From assembly GCA_041946805.1 (NCBI GenBank), contig JBHGBC010000032.1, positions 1 to 43,945 of the forward strand: DNA of 43,945 nt. Reading direction: 5' to 3'. Position numbers and translations under genes: made by a program. The DNA is from a bacterium (GTDB taxonomy: Bacteria > Hinthialibacterota > Hinthialibacteria > Hinthialibacterales > Hinthialibacteraceae). Of this stretch, positions 1-8,822 are shown one piece after another (the first letter of the stretch is position 1; every line of letters begins with the position of its first letter). The notes beneath the pieces were generated by a model that saw only the letters and a program-made list of their open reading frames with translations, ran no database searches and was not told the origin of the DNA.

Positions 1-1
1 T

Positions 2-49
2 TGGGTGATATCACCCAACGCCACACCCGGGTTTGGTGGATATTACCCG
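2..49. promoter_or_regulatory. Tandem palindromic activator-binding (UAS-like) sites upstream of the cytochrome-porin operon
   Basis: Perfect palindrome TTGGGTGATATCACCCAA (1-18) and a second site TGGTGGATATTACCCG (34-49), offset 32 bp. The same layout recurs at 6072-6119. Confidence 0.6.
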
Positions 50-237
50 CTGGAATTATTCATGGTAAAATACGAATAAATGCGTTGAAACGTGAGTCAA
101 AATTCATCATGATAATGAAAATCGGGGATTGAAATGCCGGCGGGAATGTAGTAAAAGATCGTTTGATAAATAGCTATGAAGACAAGGATGAACATCGGGA
201 ATCTTCATAAAGAAATCACTGGATATAGTTGAATCCT

Positions 238-2142
238 ATGAAACGCTACCCCTGGTTACTCTCTTCTTTGGCAAGCCTGGTGTGGGCCGTGTGGTTTTGT
301 CCAGCGCCGGCCGGAGCGGGGATCGAGGTGCTGGCGGTTTCTCCCCGCCTGATCCTGAAAGATGGAACCGGCTTTCTGGACCAACGGACCACCGGACTGA
401 TGAACGTGGGGCTGGGGGATAAGTGCTATCTCTCCGTGCGGCCGGATAATCCCAACGAGGAACTCACCGGCGTCGCGTGGTCGTTCGTGAGCCGGCCCGC
501 CGGTTCGGCCGCCGTGTTCCAATTCGTGGACCAGGCCCAGACCTGGTTCATTCCGGACCGGATTGGGGAGTATCTGGTCCAGGCCACGGCGCAAGGCCCG
601 GGCGGAACGGTGACGTTTCAGCGGCGGATTCTGGGCGCCGTGTTCGTGGGCGTGGGGGGACGGAACCATGACGATCCCCAATTTCCTCAGTGCATGCTCT
701 GCCATGATGCGATTGTGACATTATGGGAAGGAACCCGGCACGCTCATGTGCTGGAGAATCACCTCAATGGGCAACGGTCCGATCAATATGATCCCACCTG
801 CTTTCAATGCCACACGGTGGGTTTCAACGCCAATGCCACGATTGCCAACAATAGCTTCAGTCAGACCGCGAAAGAGCTCAAAGCCGATCTGACCCAGCTG
901 GCGGGACAGATCAACGACGCCTTCCGCAAGAACCACGATTCCAATCCGGGCAACGATGTGCTCTACTACGAAACCCTGGACCCCCCGCTGCGCTCGAAGG
1001 CCAATGTGCAATGCGAAAATTGCCACGGGCCGGGCAGCGAACACTTCGGCAATCCCGTCAACATCGGGAAAGCGTGGGACGCCCGGATCTGCGCCCAATG
1101 CCACGACTCCATGGGATTCGACGGCTATCCCTATCCCTTCGATTCGTCAAATCATAAAACCTTGACCGCCGCGTTGCGGAACAATCCCGGCTTGTTCAAT
1201 TCCAGCTGCGCGAAATGCCACACGGCCGAGGGCTTTTACCGCCTGGCGGTGCTGAAGAATCCCAATATTTTACCGGACGATAACCTGGAACCGCACGGCG
1301 TTTCTTGCGTGGCCTGTCATGATCCTCACAGCCGCGCCAACCCGGTGCAACTGCGCCTGACCGGGGATGTTACGCTGGAAAGCGGCCAGGTGTACACCGG
1401 CGGCGGAATGGGAAGCCTGTGCGCCGAATGTCACCAATCGCGCGTGTCCGGAAGTCTGGAGACGGTGATTCAAACCCAGAGCAACGCGCCCCATTTCGGA
1501 CCCCAGGCGGACATCATGATGGGCATCAACGCCTGGGATTTCGGCACGGGATTTGTAAATAAAACTTCCGTGCATAAATACGTGGTCCAGGATACCTGCG
1601 TGGCCTGCCACATGGCCCGCATCACCGAAAACGGCTGGAGCGTGGACCGGGGAATTCTTCTGGGCGGCCACAGCTTCCGGGTGACCAACACCGCGGACGC
1701 GGCGGGCGGCGAGATTTCAAATTACCAAAATTCCTGCCTGCCCTGCCACCTGACCATGACTTCGATCGACCGCCGGATGTCCACCAGCCAGGACTACGAC
1801 GGCAACGGGATAATCGAGGGGATCCAGACGGAGGTGAAAGGATTGCTGGGCGTCATCGCCGCGCGGATTCAGGAACGGCATCCGGAAATTCAAGTGGCCG
1901 AAAACGGGGATCTGGTCATTCCCCCCACCTTGGTTGATCAACTGACGTTTACCGACCGGGCCGTGATCTACAACTACCGCCTGGTGGTGCGGGACGGCAG
2001 TTACGGAATTCACAACGCGCGGTTCATCGTCGAGATCCTCCAAAAGACCTACTCGGCTGTCGCGCAACGTTCGTTCAACACGGATTATCCCCGGGCGTAC
2101 GCGGTGGGAACCTCGTCCATCCCGGGGTGGTCTGAATACTAA
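238..2142 (+). CDS. Secreted nonaheme cytochrome c with N-terminal PKD/Ig-like region and C-terminal WSxY tail
   Basis: Sec-type signal peptide (MKRYPWLL...APAGA); 9 CxxCH motifs; PHFGPQ and DGSYGIHN motifs typical of large multiheme cytochromes; DYDGNG loop; ends SSIPGWSEY. ATG 238 preferred over TTG 229. Confidence 0.9.
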   Translation: MKRYPWLLSSLASLVWAVWFCPAPAGAGIEVLAVSPRLILKDGTGFLDQRTTGLMNVGLGDKCYLSVRPDNPNEELTGVAWSFVSRPAGSAAVFQFVDQAQTWFIPDRIGEYLVQATAQGPGGTVTFQRRILGAVFVGVGGRNHDDPQFPQCMLCHDAIVTLWEGTRHAHVLENHLNGQRSDQYDPTCFQCHTVGFNANATIANNSFSQTAKELKADLTQLAGQINDAFRKNHDSNPGNDVLYYETLDPPLRSKANVQCENCHGPGSEHFGNPVNIGKAWDARICAQCHDSMGFDGYPYPFDSSNHKTLTAALRNNPGLFNSSCAKCHTAEGFYRLAVLKNPNILPDDNLEPHGVSCVACHDPHSRANPVQLRLTGDVTLESGQVYTGGGMGSLCAECHQSRVSGSLETVIQTQSNAPHFGPQADIMMGINAWDFGTGFVNKTSVHKYVVQDTCVACHMARITENGWSVDRGILLGGHSFRVTNTADAAGGEISNYQNSCLPCHLTMTSIDRRMSTSQDYDGNGIIEGIQTEVKGLLGVIAARIQERHPEIQVAENGDLVIPPTLVDQLTFTDRAVIYNYRLVVRDGSYGIHNARFIVEILQKTYSAVAQRSFNTDYPRAYAVGTSSIPGWSEY

Positions 2143-2171
2143 TCGTTAAGAAGGTAGAAGGAGTCGAGGAC

Positions 2172-2759
2172 ATGAAGAAATCGAGCATCATGGGATTGCT
2201 GATCGCCTTGGCCGTCTGTCTGGCATTGCCGCTCAAAGGCATGGTCGGCGAGGAAAACAAGGACGCGGACAAGGTCGCGTTCGTGGGCGCGAGCAAATGC
2301 AAGATGTGCCACAACCTGAAGAAATTCGGGATGTTCTACGACGACTGGATGCAGGAAAAGCACGCCAAGGCCATGGATGTGCTCAAGGACGAGGAGAAGA
2401 AGAATCCCGAATGCTTGAAATGCCATACCACCGGGTACGGCAAGCCGGGCGGATTCGTCAGCCTCGAGAAAACTCCCGCGCTGGCCGGTGTCCAATGCGA
2501 AATGTGCCATGGCCCCGGGGCGGAACATATCAAATCGAAGCGCGGCGGCGCCGTGATTCCGCACGTCTGGGAACCCGAGGAGAAAACCTGCGTGAAATGC
2601 CACAACAAGGACAATCCCAACTGGAAGGAAGACCGGTACACCGACCCGGCAACGGGGCAAAAATCGGGCTTCATCTACAAGATCGCCGTGCAACAGGTCA
2701 ACCATGCCAAGGTGCTGGAGCAACTCGGCAAAAAGCCCAAGACCGCCGATCTGAAATAA
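2172..2759 (+). CDS. Periplasmic tetraheme cytochrome c (c554-like)
   Basis: RBS AGGAG/GAGG; signal peptide; 4 CxxCH motifs (CKMCH, CLKCH, CEMCH, CVKCH); FVGxxxC...H..A...CHTTG...VQCExCHGPG pattern. Confidence 0.9.
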   Translation: MKKSSIMGLLIALAVCLALPLKGMVGEENKDADKVAFVGASKCKMCHNLKKFGMFYDDWMQEKHAKAMDVLKDEEKKNPECLKCHTTGYGKPGGFVSLEKTPALAGVQCEMCHGPGAEHIKSKRGGAVIPHVWEPEEKTCVKCHNKDNPNWKEDRYTDPATGQKSGFIYKIAVQQVNHAKVLEQLGKKPKTADLK

Positions 2760-2841
2760 CCGGTGGGATTCCATTCGCGCAAGGGATTTCCTCACGGGAA
2801 TCGATCGTGACATGACTGACGGACACGTATGGCGTAGGGGT

Positions 2842-4320
2842 ATGAACGGGAAACTTCACATCCTTGTAATTCTCTTCCTGGGAATCATGCGGCTTGCCTG
2901 GGCTCCAGCTCTCCCGGCTGGAGCCCAGGAGAGCGCGGAAACCGTTGAAAACGCGGCGCCGGAGACTCCGGCCGCCGCGAGCCCGGCCGCGGGCGCCGCG
3001 GAGGTGGAAAGCGCCACCGCCGAAGCGTCCAGTCCGGAAAAAACGGCTTGGTTCGGCTCCCTGAAAGTCTCCGGAACCTTGAACTCCAGTTACCAATTCC
3101 GCAATTTCGGCGGGCAGGACGACAGCGATATCTACGAGTATTTCGCTCTGCGCCTGCGCGACATCGTCAAGGACCGGGTCGACGGCGCGTTCTCGATGTT
3201 CTGGCATGAGGATCTCGACGGAGGAAGCACGCTCCAGGGATCCCAGCTGTACGATCCCTTCCTGGACATCGACCAGGCGGATGGCAACCGGTTCCGGTTT
3301 TACACCGGCTATCTGGATTTCAAAGGCCTAGGTTTCGAAGACAGCCGCCTGCGCGTGGGCCGCCAGTTCCTCGAGGATATCGACTACGCCCACTTCGACG
3401 GCGCGTCCTACCGTTTTTCGCCTCTCGATCCACTGGAAGTCACCTTGTTCGGCGGGCGTCCGGTGACTTTCTATTCATCCAGCCAGGGCGACGCCTTCTA
3501 CGGCGCGGATGTCCGCTACCGGTTCACCCCCCAGACGAAAGTGGGAGCCCGTTATTACCGGTACGACGCCGAACCCTTCAACGACGACTTGGCGGCGGTG
3601 GAGGTCTGGCACATGTTCACGCCGGAACTGCAAACCCACGCCGGATTCTCCCTGCTGGACGCCGATCCGTACCTCCTCCAGAACGATTGGTATTACCGCT
3701 GGGAGGAATACGACTTCGACATCGTGGCGCAGGTGGTCCGGTTGTTCAGCGAAATCGGCGATCACACCATTAACTTCAATCCTTATTTTTCCACTTTGAA
3801 TGGCTACGAACCCTTTACCTACGGCTCCATGCTCTTCTCCAAGGGAATCAATGAATACATCAGCCTCAACGCCGGCTTCGATTTCCGGGTGACCGGCGGC
3901 GGGCTGGATCCCGCCGAGGAATCCACCAACCGCGATTACGTCCGGGGAACCTTGGGGGCGGAATTTTATCCGGTGAAGCCAGTGACCTTGAGCATCAACG
4001 GGGAATATTGGAGCGTGGATTCCGGCGATGAATTCACGGGCGTCACCGGCGAGGTGGAATACAAGCCCTGTAAAGGATGGACGCTAACAGCCGGCGCGGA
4101 ATACGGGGAATATGTCCAGGAATACATGGATGAGTTTCTCTTGTTCTTCGGCCAGGAGAAGGTCTTCCGCATCACCCCGGATGTCATCACCTACTATACC
4201 CGGATCAAATGGCAGCCCACCGGCCGGTTGTATACCGCCGCCCGCTTCGAATTGGAAGACAACAGCTACGATGAAGACGATTGGTACGCATTCCAGCTGC
4301 AAGTGGGGGTCAATTTTTAA
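2842..4320 (+). CDS. Outer-membrane beta-barrel (porin of a porin-cytochrome conduit)
   Basis: Signal peptide, Ala/Pro/Glu linker, alternating aromatic-rich beta strands and a C-terminal BAM-type signal (FQLQVGVNF). Lies between multiheme cytochrome genes. Confidence 0.8.
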   Translation: MNGKLHILVILFLGIMRLAWAPALPAGAQESAETVENAAPETPAAASPAAGAAEVESATAEASSPEKTAWFGSLKVSGTLNSSYQFRNFGGQDDSDIYEYFALRLRDIVKDRVDGAFSMFWHEDLDGGSTLQGSQLYDPFLDIDQADGNRFRFYTGYLDFKGLGFEDSRLRVGRQFLEDIDYAHFDGASYRFSPLDPLEVTLFGGRPVTFYSSSQGDAFYGADVRYRFTPQTKVGARYYRYDAEPFNDDLAAVEVWHMFTPELQTHAGFSLLDADPYLLQNDWYYRWEEYDFDIVAQVVRLFSEIGDHTINFNPYFSTLNGYEPFTYGSMLFSKGINEYISLNAGFDFRVTGGGLDPAEESTNRDYVRGTLGAEFYPVKPVTLSINGEYWSVDSGDEFTGVTGEVEYKPCKGWTLTAGAEYGEYVQEYMDEFLLFFGQEKVFRITPDVITYYTRIKWQPTGRLYTAARFELEDNSYDEDDWYAFQLQVGVNF

Positions 4321-4321
4321 C

Positions 4322-5269
4322 ATGAATCCGATCCGTTTTTCCTTGAGTGGCCTGTTGGCTCCCCTGGCTTTGGCCGTCCTCCTCTCCGGATGCGACCCCA
4401 AGGAGGTGGAGAATACCTTTCCCCATAAACCCCATATCGATCAGGGGATTGGCTGTGACACCTGCCACGAGATGAAGGACAATCAGGTGGCCAATCCCCG
4501 GCTCGAGACATGCCTCACGTGCCACGAACTAGGTGAAGACCGGTATCAGAAATGCAAGGATTGCCACGATAAAGCAAAGATCGGCTGGAACGAGCAAAGC
4601 CTCATCACGCACGATGAATTGATGCGGCCCTTCCTGCCCAAGGATTGGGAGGATGTGTTGTACAAACATGGCGAGCATCTCAAGGATTACGGCCACTGCC
4701 TGGATTGCCATAAAGGCGTGGAAAAATCCACCTATGCCTCGGTGGAGAATTTGCCCACCATGAAAACCGCCATGGCCGTTCATGATAAACTGGGATTGTC
4801 CAACGACTGCCAGGTCTGCCACCGGGAACTCAATACCCATACGCCTCCCGCCACCCATGACAGCCGGTGGGCGGAAACTCATGGCCGCATGACAGAGTTC
4901 ACGGGCACGGAAAACTGCCTGATGTGCCATGAGGAAGCAACCTGCCAGTTGTGTCATGCCACTCAAAAGCCCCGCAACCATACCAGCCTGTGGCGGCACA
5001 AGACACACGGCCTCCAGGCCTCCTTCGACCGCGCCAAGTGCATGGTGTGCCACCGTGACGACACCTGCCTGGTCTGCCACCAGGCCTCGTCTCCGCCCGT
5101 GCCACCCACCGCCTACCATACGCCGGACGCTTCTTGCCTCTCATGCCACAGCCCGCTGGCCGCCCAAGGACCGAAACCTCGCCCGAAGCCCGGCCTCTAC
5201 AAGCCGATGCCCCACCGCATGATGATGGGTGTCACTTCGCAGAAATGCCTCGAATGCCACATGTTATGA
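4322..5269 (+). CDS. Multiheme (11 CxxCH) lipoprotein cytochrome c, c3/c7-like repeats
   Basis: ATG 1 bp after the porin stop; lipobox LLSG|C; 11 CxxCH motifs; FPHKPH and HxxxWxxxHG distal-His patterns. Confidence 0.9.
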   Translation: MNPIRFSLSGLLAPLALAVLLSGCDPKEVENTFPHKPHIDQGIGCDTCHEMKDNQVANPRLETCLTCHELGEDRYQKCKDCHDKAKIGWNEQSLITHDELMRPFLPKDWEDVLYKHGEHLKDYGHCLDCHKGVEKSTYASVENLPTMKTAMAVHDKLGLSNDCQVCHRELNTHTPPATHDSRWAETHGRMTEFTGTENCLMCHEEATCQLCHATQKPRNHTSLWRHKTHGLQASFDRAKCMVCHRDDTCLVCHQASSPPVPPTAYHTPDASCLSCHSPLAAQGPKPRPKPGLYKPMPHRMMMGVTSQKCLECHML

Positions 5270-5435
5270 CTGCCTGCCGATAACTTGCCCGATGCACGGC
5301 GGGATGGCTTTGCGCGCGGCGCGCAATCCTTCAACAAGGCAAATGCCGCATCCGGTTCTGAATTGCAAAGGCGGGCGGCCGCCCTGTTGCTGTGCGAAAT
5401 GGCTTTGGAGATCTAGATCGTCCTACGATTCGAAA

Positions 5436-5948
5436 TCAAAACTTGCCGAGACTCCAGTCCTGGTGGCATTGATCGCAGGTAAGGCCCGATACGGCCTGGC
5501 GCTGAGAAGGATCCTCGTCTGGAGACGTGGAAACCGCGGGACGTTCGAGGATGGGATTTTCCGCCTGGACGATCCAGTAGGCTTGATAGGTACCGACACT
5601 GGTTAGTATGAGGAACATGGGAGTAATGCCGATGAAAATGCCCGTGCGCAGCCGGTTGATTTGATCTTCATACTCGTTGATCCCCCCGCCGGCAGGTTGG
5701 GCGGCATGCTTCCGGCGCTGGGATTCCAGAAACATGCCAAGGGGCACGAGCAGAAGGTTGGCGATCAGAATAGCGGGTACCACGATATAGATGAAGAACC
5801 GGATAGAGGGATTGAAAAATCCGAACAGCAAATCGAGAGGTATCAGCATGGCTTCCACGAAAAGCAGAAGTACGCCGATGATCAGCCCCAGCAAGGAAAA
5901 TTCATTGCTGCCGAGTGAGGGGTCCAGGGATGTTGAATGTTGATCCAT
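5436..5948 (-). CDS. NapC/NirT-like membrane anchor with a single CxxCH (possibly a truncated relic)
   Basis: Three hydrophobic helices (NxFSLLG...NP...YIVVP...LVPLG...RR...FLILTSVGTYQAY) resembling the N-terminus of long NapC/NirT proteins, then only one CDQCH near the end. Confidence 0.55.
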   Translation of the reverse strand: MDQHSTSLDPSLGSNEFSLLGLIIGVLLLFVEAMLIPLDLLFGFFNPSIRFFIYIVVPAILIANLLLVPLGMFLESQRRKHAAQPAGGGINEYEDQINRLRTGIFIGITPMFLILTSVGTYQAYWIVQAENPILERPAVSTSPDEDPSQRQAVSGLTCDQCHQDWSLGKF

Positions 5949-6071
5949 GAGGTTTCGAAGTACGTTTCGATCAGGTTCCAATCCGGTTGGAAGGAAAACA
6001 TATCCCTGTTTTGATTACGATCTAGGGTGAATCGCTCACTTCTCCTGTTCCGGTTGCTTTTGGGGTTTCTG

Positions 6072-6119
6072 GCGGGGAAAAACCCCAATCCTTCACCCAA
6101 AAGTGGGTTTTTTCACCCA
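6072..6119. promoter_or_regulatory. Tandem UAS-like sites upstream of the decaheme gene
   Basis: GCGGGGAAAAACCCCA (6072-6087) and TGGGTTTTTTCACCCA (6104-6119), offset 32 bp, with CACCC at the same spacer position as in the 2-49 pair. Confidence 0.55.
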
Positions 6120-6246
6120 GCCGGTTTCCGGGAAGAACTCCTGGATATGTTCGTGAATCAACCGGGATACCGTTTGGGATCCCCAAGTCATCCACTAATC
6201 CAGGGTATTGGATTTTTTTTCAGTAATTCATAGCTAATTATCTATC

Positions 6247-6263
6247 AAGGAACGATCTTTGCT
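6247..6263 (+). promoter_or_regulatory. Sigma-54 (-24/-12) promoter
   Basis: AAGGAACG-ATCT-TTGCT matches the consensus TGGCACG-N4-TTGCW with exact GG-N10-GC spacing, 50 bp upstream of the ATG. Confidence 0.65.
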
Positions 6264-6312
6264 CCAACAGAAGAGGCAAATCAAATCATTTTTCTCTTAG
6301 GAGTAAGGGATT

Positions 6313-8361
6313 ATGCGCTTACGCAGAGGGGTATTTCACCTGACGGCACTCTCGATCGTATTCTGTGGCATGGCTGGATGGAGCGCGGATGGATTGCAGG
6401 TCAAAATATTGAGCACGGTCATCAACAATGACCTGAAACCCGAAGTCACGTTCACCGCGCAGGATGGCGTGGGCAATCCCATCGCCCTGGCGGACATGAC
6501 GATCCGTTTCATGATCGCCCGGCTGGACGTATACGACGCCCAGAAAGGGAGCTCGGCTTATTGGAGCTACAACATCCGGACCCAGACCGTCCCGGAGGGG
6601 TACCCCAATGCGGGCGCGACTGCCGATCAAGCCACCTATGACAGCAACGGGGTGGTCAAGCAGCTGGAGCCGGGGAAATACGTCTACACGTTCAATACGG
6701 CCTTGCCCGCGGACTATGACAAAACCAAGACACACACGGTGGGCGGGCAAATCCAGCGGAATGTAGAGGACAAAATTTTCTACGCCAATCCCCTCTACCA
6801 CTTCGTGCCCAACGGCAGCGACGTCGTCACCCTGCGGAAAGTAGCCACCACCGAGGGGTGCAACACCTGCCATGCCGGATTGGCGCTGCACGGCGGCGGC
6901 CGGCGGGAGGTCGGCCTGTGCATCCTGTGCCATACTCCCCAAAGCACGGACCCGGACACGGGCAACACGGTTGACATGACCACGATGATCCACAAGATCC
7001 ACATGGGGGCGGAATTGCCCAGCGTGCAGGCGGGCCAGCATTATGTGATCGTGGGCAACCGCCAGAGCGTGCATGATTACTCGGAGGTGGAGTTCCCCAT
7101 GGATCACCGGAACTGCGCGGCCTGCCACACGGGAACCCAGGGTTCAGTCTATAAAACCGCCCCGAGCCGCCGGGCCTGCGGTTCCTGCCATGACGATGTG
7201 AATTTCCAGACCGGCGAAGGCCATGGCTCGGGCAATTTTCCCCAGCAGGATGATTCCATGTGCACGGCCTGCCATACGGCGGAAGGCCCCGAATTCGGGA
7301 TTTCCATCACCGGCGCGCATACGATTCCCACGAAATCGCAGAAGCTGCGCGGCTTGATCGCGGAGATCACCGAAGTGGCCAACGCCCTGCCCGGCCAAGC
7401 GCCAAAGGTCACCTTTACCCTGAAGCAGAATGACGGCAGCCCGGTCGATCCCGTGGAACTTTCCACCTTCGCCATCACCTACGCGGGACCGGCCAAGGAA
7501 TATACCGCCTATATCCGGGAGGACGCCTCGAAAACCTCCAGTAAGGTGGGAGAGGGCGTCTATGCCTATACCTTCACCAAGCCTCTGCCGGCCGATGCTC
7601 AAGGAACTTACGGATTCGCGATCGAAGGGCGGCGGGATGTGGTATTGGAGGATAAACCGGAAGGCATGGAAGATGTGACCACCCGGGAAGCGCTGAACAA
7701 TCCCGTCAAACTGGTGGCCGTCACCGGAGACACAGCGGCGCCGAGAAGAGCCATTGTGGACTTGGCGAAATGCAACGTTTGCCATGACAAGTTGTCGCTG
7801 CATGGCTCCCTGCGCAACAATATCGATTACTGCGTCATGTGCCATAATCCCAAGGTCAGCGACATCAGCCAGCGCGGGGAGGGCGTGGGAGGCGGTGAGT
7901 CCATCGCCTTTGACTATATGATTCACAAGATCCATACCGGCGAGGAACTGGAGCAGGATTACACAATCTACGGACGCGGTGGCAGCGCCAATAACTTCAA
8001 CCAAATCTTGTTCCCAGGTTCCCGGCAGAAATGTGATATATGCCACGTGTCATCCGTTCCGGCCCTGCCGCTCTCTTCGGACGCCCAGCCGATCGACTTC
8101 GTGAACAAGGACAACAAGAACGTGCATATCGCGCCCACCACGGCGGCCTGCACTTCGTGCCATGACAACGATTCCGCTCTCGCCCACGCGGAACTCAACA
8201 CCACATCGGAGGGCTTCGAATCCTGCGCCGTGTGCCACCGCGAAGGCCGTGACGCGAGCATCGCGGAGGCGCATGCCGTCAAGCAGTTCCTGAACGTCAT
8301 CGAGACGATGGGACCGCCTCCCACCGCCGTGGAACATTGGAGCATGTTCTTGCAGCAATAG
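6313..8361 (+). CDS. OmcA/MtrC-family decaheme cytochrome c, non-lipidated, with C-terminal WSxF tail
   Basis: RBS AGGAG; 10 CxxCH in two pentaheme blocks, each after a beta-rich domain; repeated HGxxR and MIHKIH motifs; no canonical lipobox; ends PPPTAVEHWSMFLQQ. Confidence 0.9.
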   Translation: MRLRRGVFHLTALSIVFCGMAGWSADGLQVKILSTVINNDLKPEVTFTAQDGVGNPIALADMTIRFMIARLDVYDAQKGSSAYWSYNIRTQTVPEGYPNAGATADQATYDSNGVVKQLEPGKYVYTFNTALPADYDKTKTHTVGGQIQRNVEDKIFYANPLYHFVPNGSDVVTLRKVATTEGCNTCHAGLALHGGGRREVGLCILCHTPQSTDPDTGNTVDMTTMIHKIHMGAELPSVQAGQHYVIVGNRQSVHDYSEVEFPMDHRNCAACHTGTQGSVYKTAPSRRACGSCHDDVNFQTGEGHGSGNFPQQDDSMCTACHTAEGPEFGISITGAHTIPTKSQKLRGLIAEITEVANALPGQAPKVTFTLKQNDGSPVDPVELSTFAITYAGPAKEYTAYIREDASKTSSKVGEGVYAYTFTKPLPADAQGTYGFAIEGRRDVVLEDKPEGMEDVTTREALNNPVKLVAVTGDTAAPRRAIVDLAKCNVCHDKLSLHGSLRNNIDYCVMCHNPKVSDISQRGEGVGGGESIAFDYMIHKIHTGEELEQDYTIYGRGGSANNFNQILFPGSRQKCDICHVSSVPALPLSSDAQPIDFVNKDNKNVHIAPTTAACTSCHDNDSALAHAELNTTSEGFESCAVCHREGRDASIAEAHAVKQFLNVIETMGPPPTAVEHWSMFLQQ

Positions 8362-8433
8362 TCGCGGAACCGGATCCGACGAAACCAGGTTTATCCCAGA
8401 ACTTGTATCTCTCAAAAAACCCTACTATGCGAT

Positions 8434-8464
8434 GGGGGCGTCGAAAGACGCCCCCGGTTTTTTT
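8434..8464 (+). terminator. Intrinsic terminator
   Basis: GGGGGCGTC-GAAA-GACGCCCCC stem, then GG and a T7 tract. Confidence 0.75.
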
Positions 8465-8492
8465 AATAATCTCGGTTTTGATCCATGGAATG

Positions 8493-8555
8493 GCAGGCAG
8501 GATGCCTGCATCACAACGATTTCCCTCACCCCGGCCCTTTCCCGGAGGGTGAGGG
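8493..8555 (-). repeat. REP-like palindrome plus reversed G-rich palindrome
   Basis: GCAGGCAGGATGCCTGCATCACAA (reverse of the REP unit at 31519 and 35281), then CCCTCACCCCGGCCCTTTCCCGGAGGGTGAGGG. Confidence 0.7.
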
Positions 8556-8638
8556 GGGTGGTTCTACGGGAGGTGGTAGTATCCGGATATGCATCTGGAA
8601 AATGTCCCACCATTGCGCGTATGAAGTGAGCATTTCTG

Positions 8639-8739
8639 AGCGCCAACGGCGCGTAAGAAGTTGGCCCAGGGCAACGCCCTGGGATTGTGGAGAAAAGTAT
8701 TCCATCCCCTCTCTCTCTGGGAGAGGGCCAGGGTGAGGG
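8639..8739 (+). repeat. ~100-bp composite repeat (bipartite hairpin + G-rich palindrome)
   Basis: AGCGCCAACGGCGCG...CCCAGGGCAACGCCCTGGG followed by CCCTCTCTCTCTGGGAGAGGGCCAGGGTGAGGG. Same layout at 12138 and 39576. Confidence 0.8.
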
Positions 8740-8822
8740 AAAGTCTGCCATTTTGCAAAGCTCCACCCATTTAACCACATGCACTTCGGGGGCACGCGGC
8801 AACGTGCTCCTACATTGAGACT

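Noticed and set aside
238..2142. NrfA or octaheme nitrite reductase
   Set aside because: No CxxCK catalytic heme motif; all nine motifs are CxxCH.
4291..4320. Porin C-terminus as a fifth W-tail
   Set aside because: WYAFQLQVGVNF is a standard terminal beta-strand/BAM signal and does not fit the W-S-x-[FY] spacing.
8425..8795. Short ORFs with PSPxPLPxGEG / LSLWERAG-like peptides (also near 10.4, 21.8 and 37.3 kb)
   Set aside because: They are translations of the G-rich palindromic repeat, not genes.
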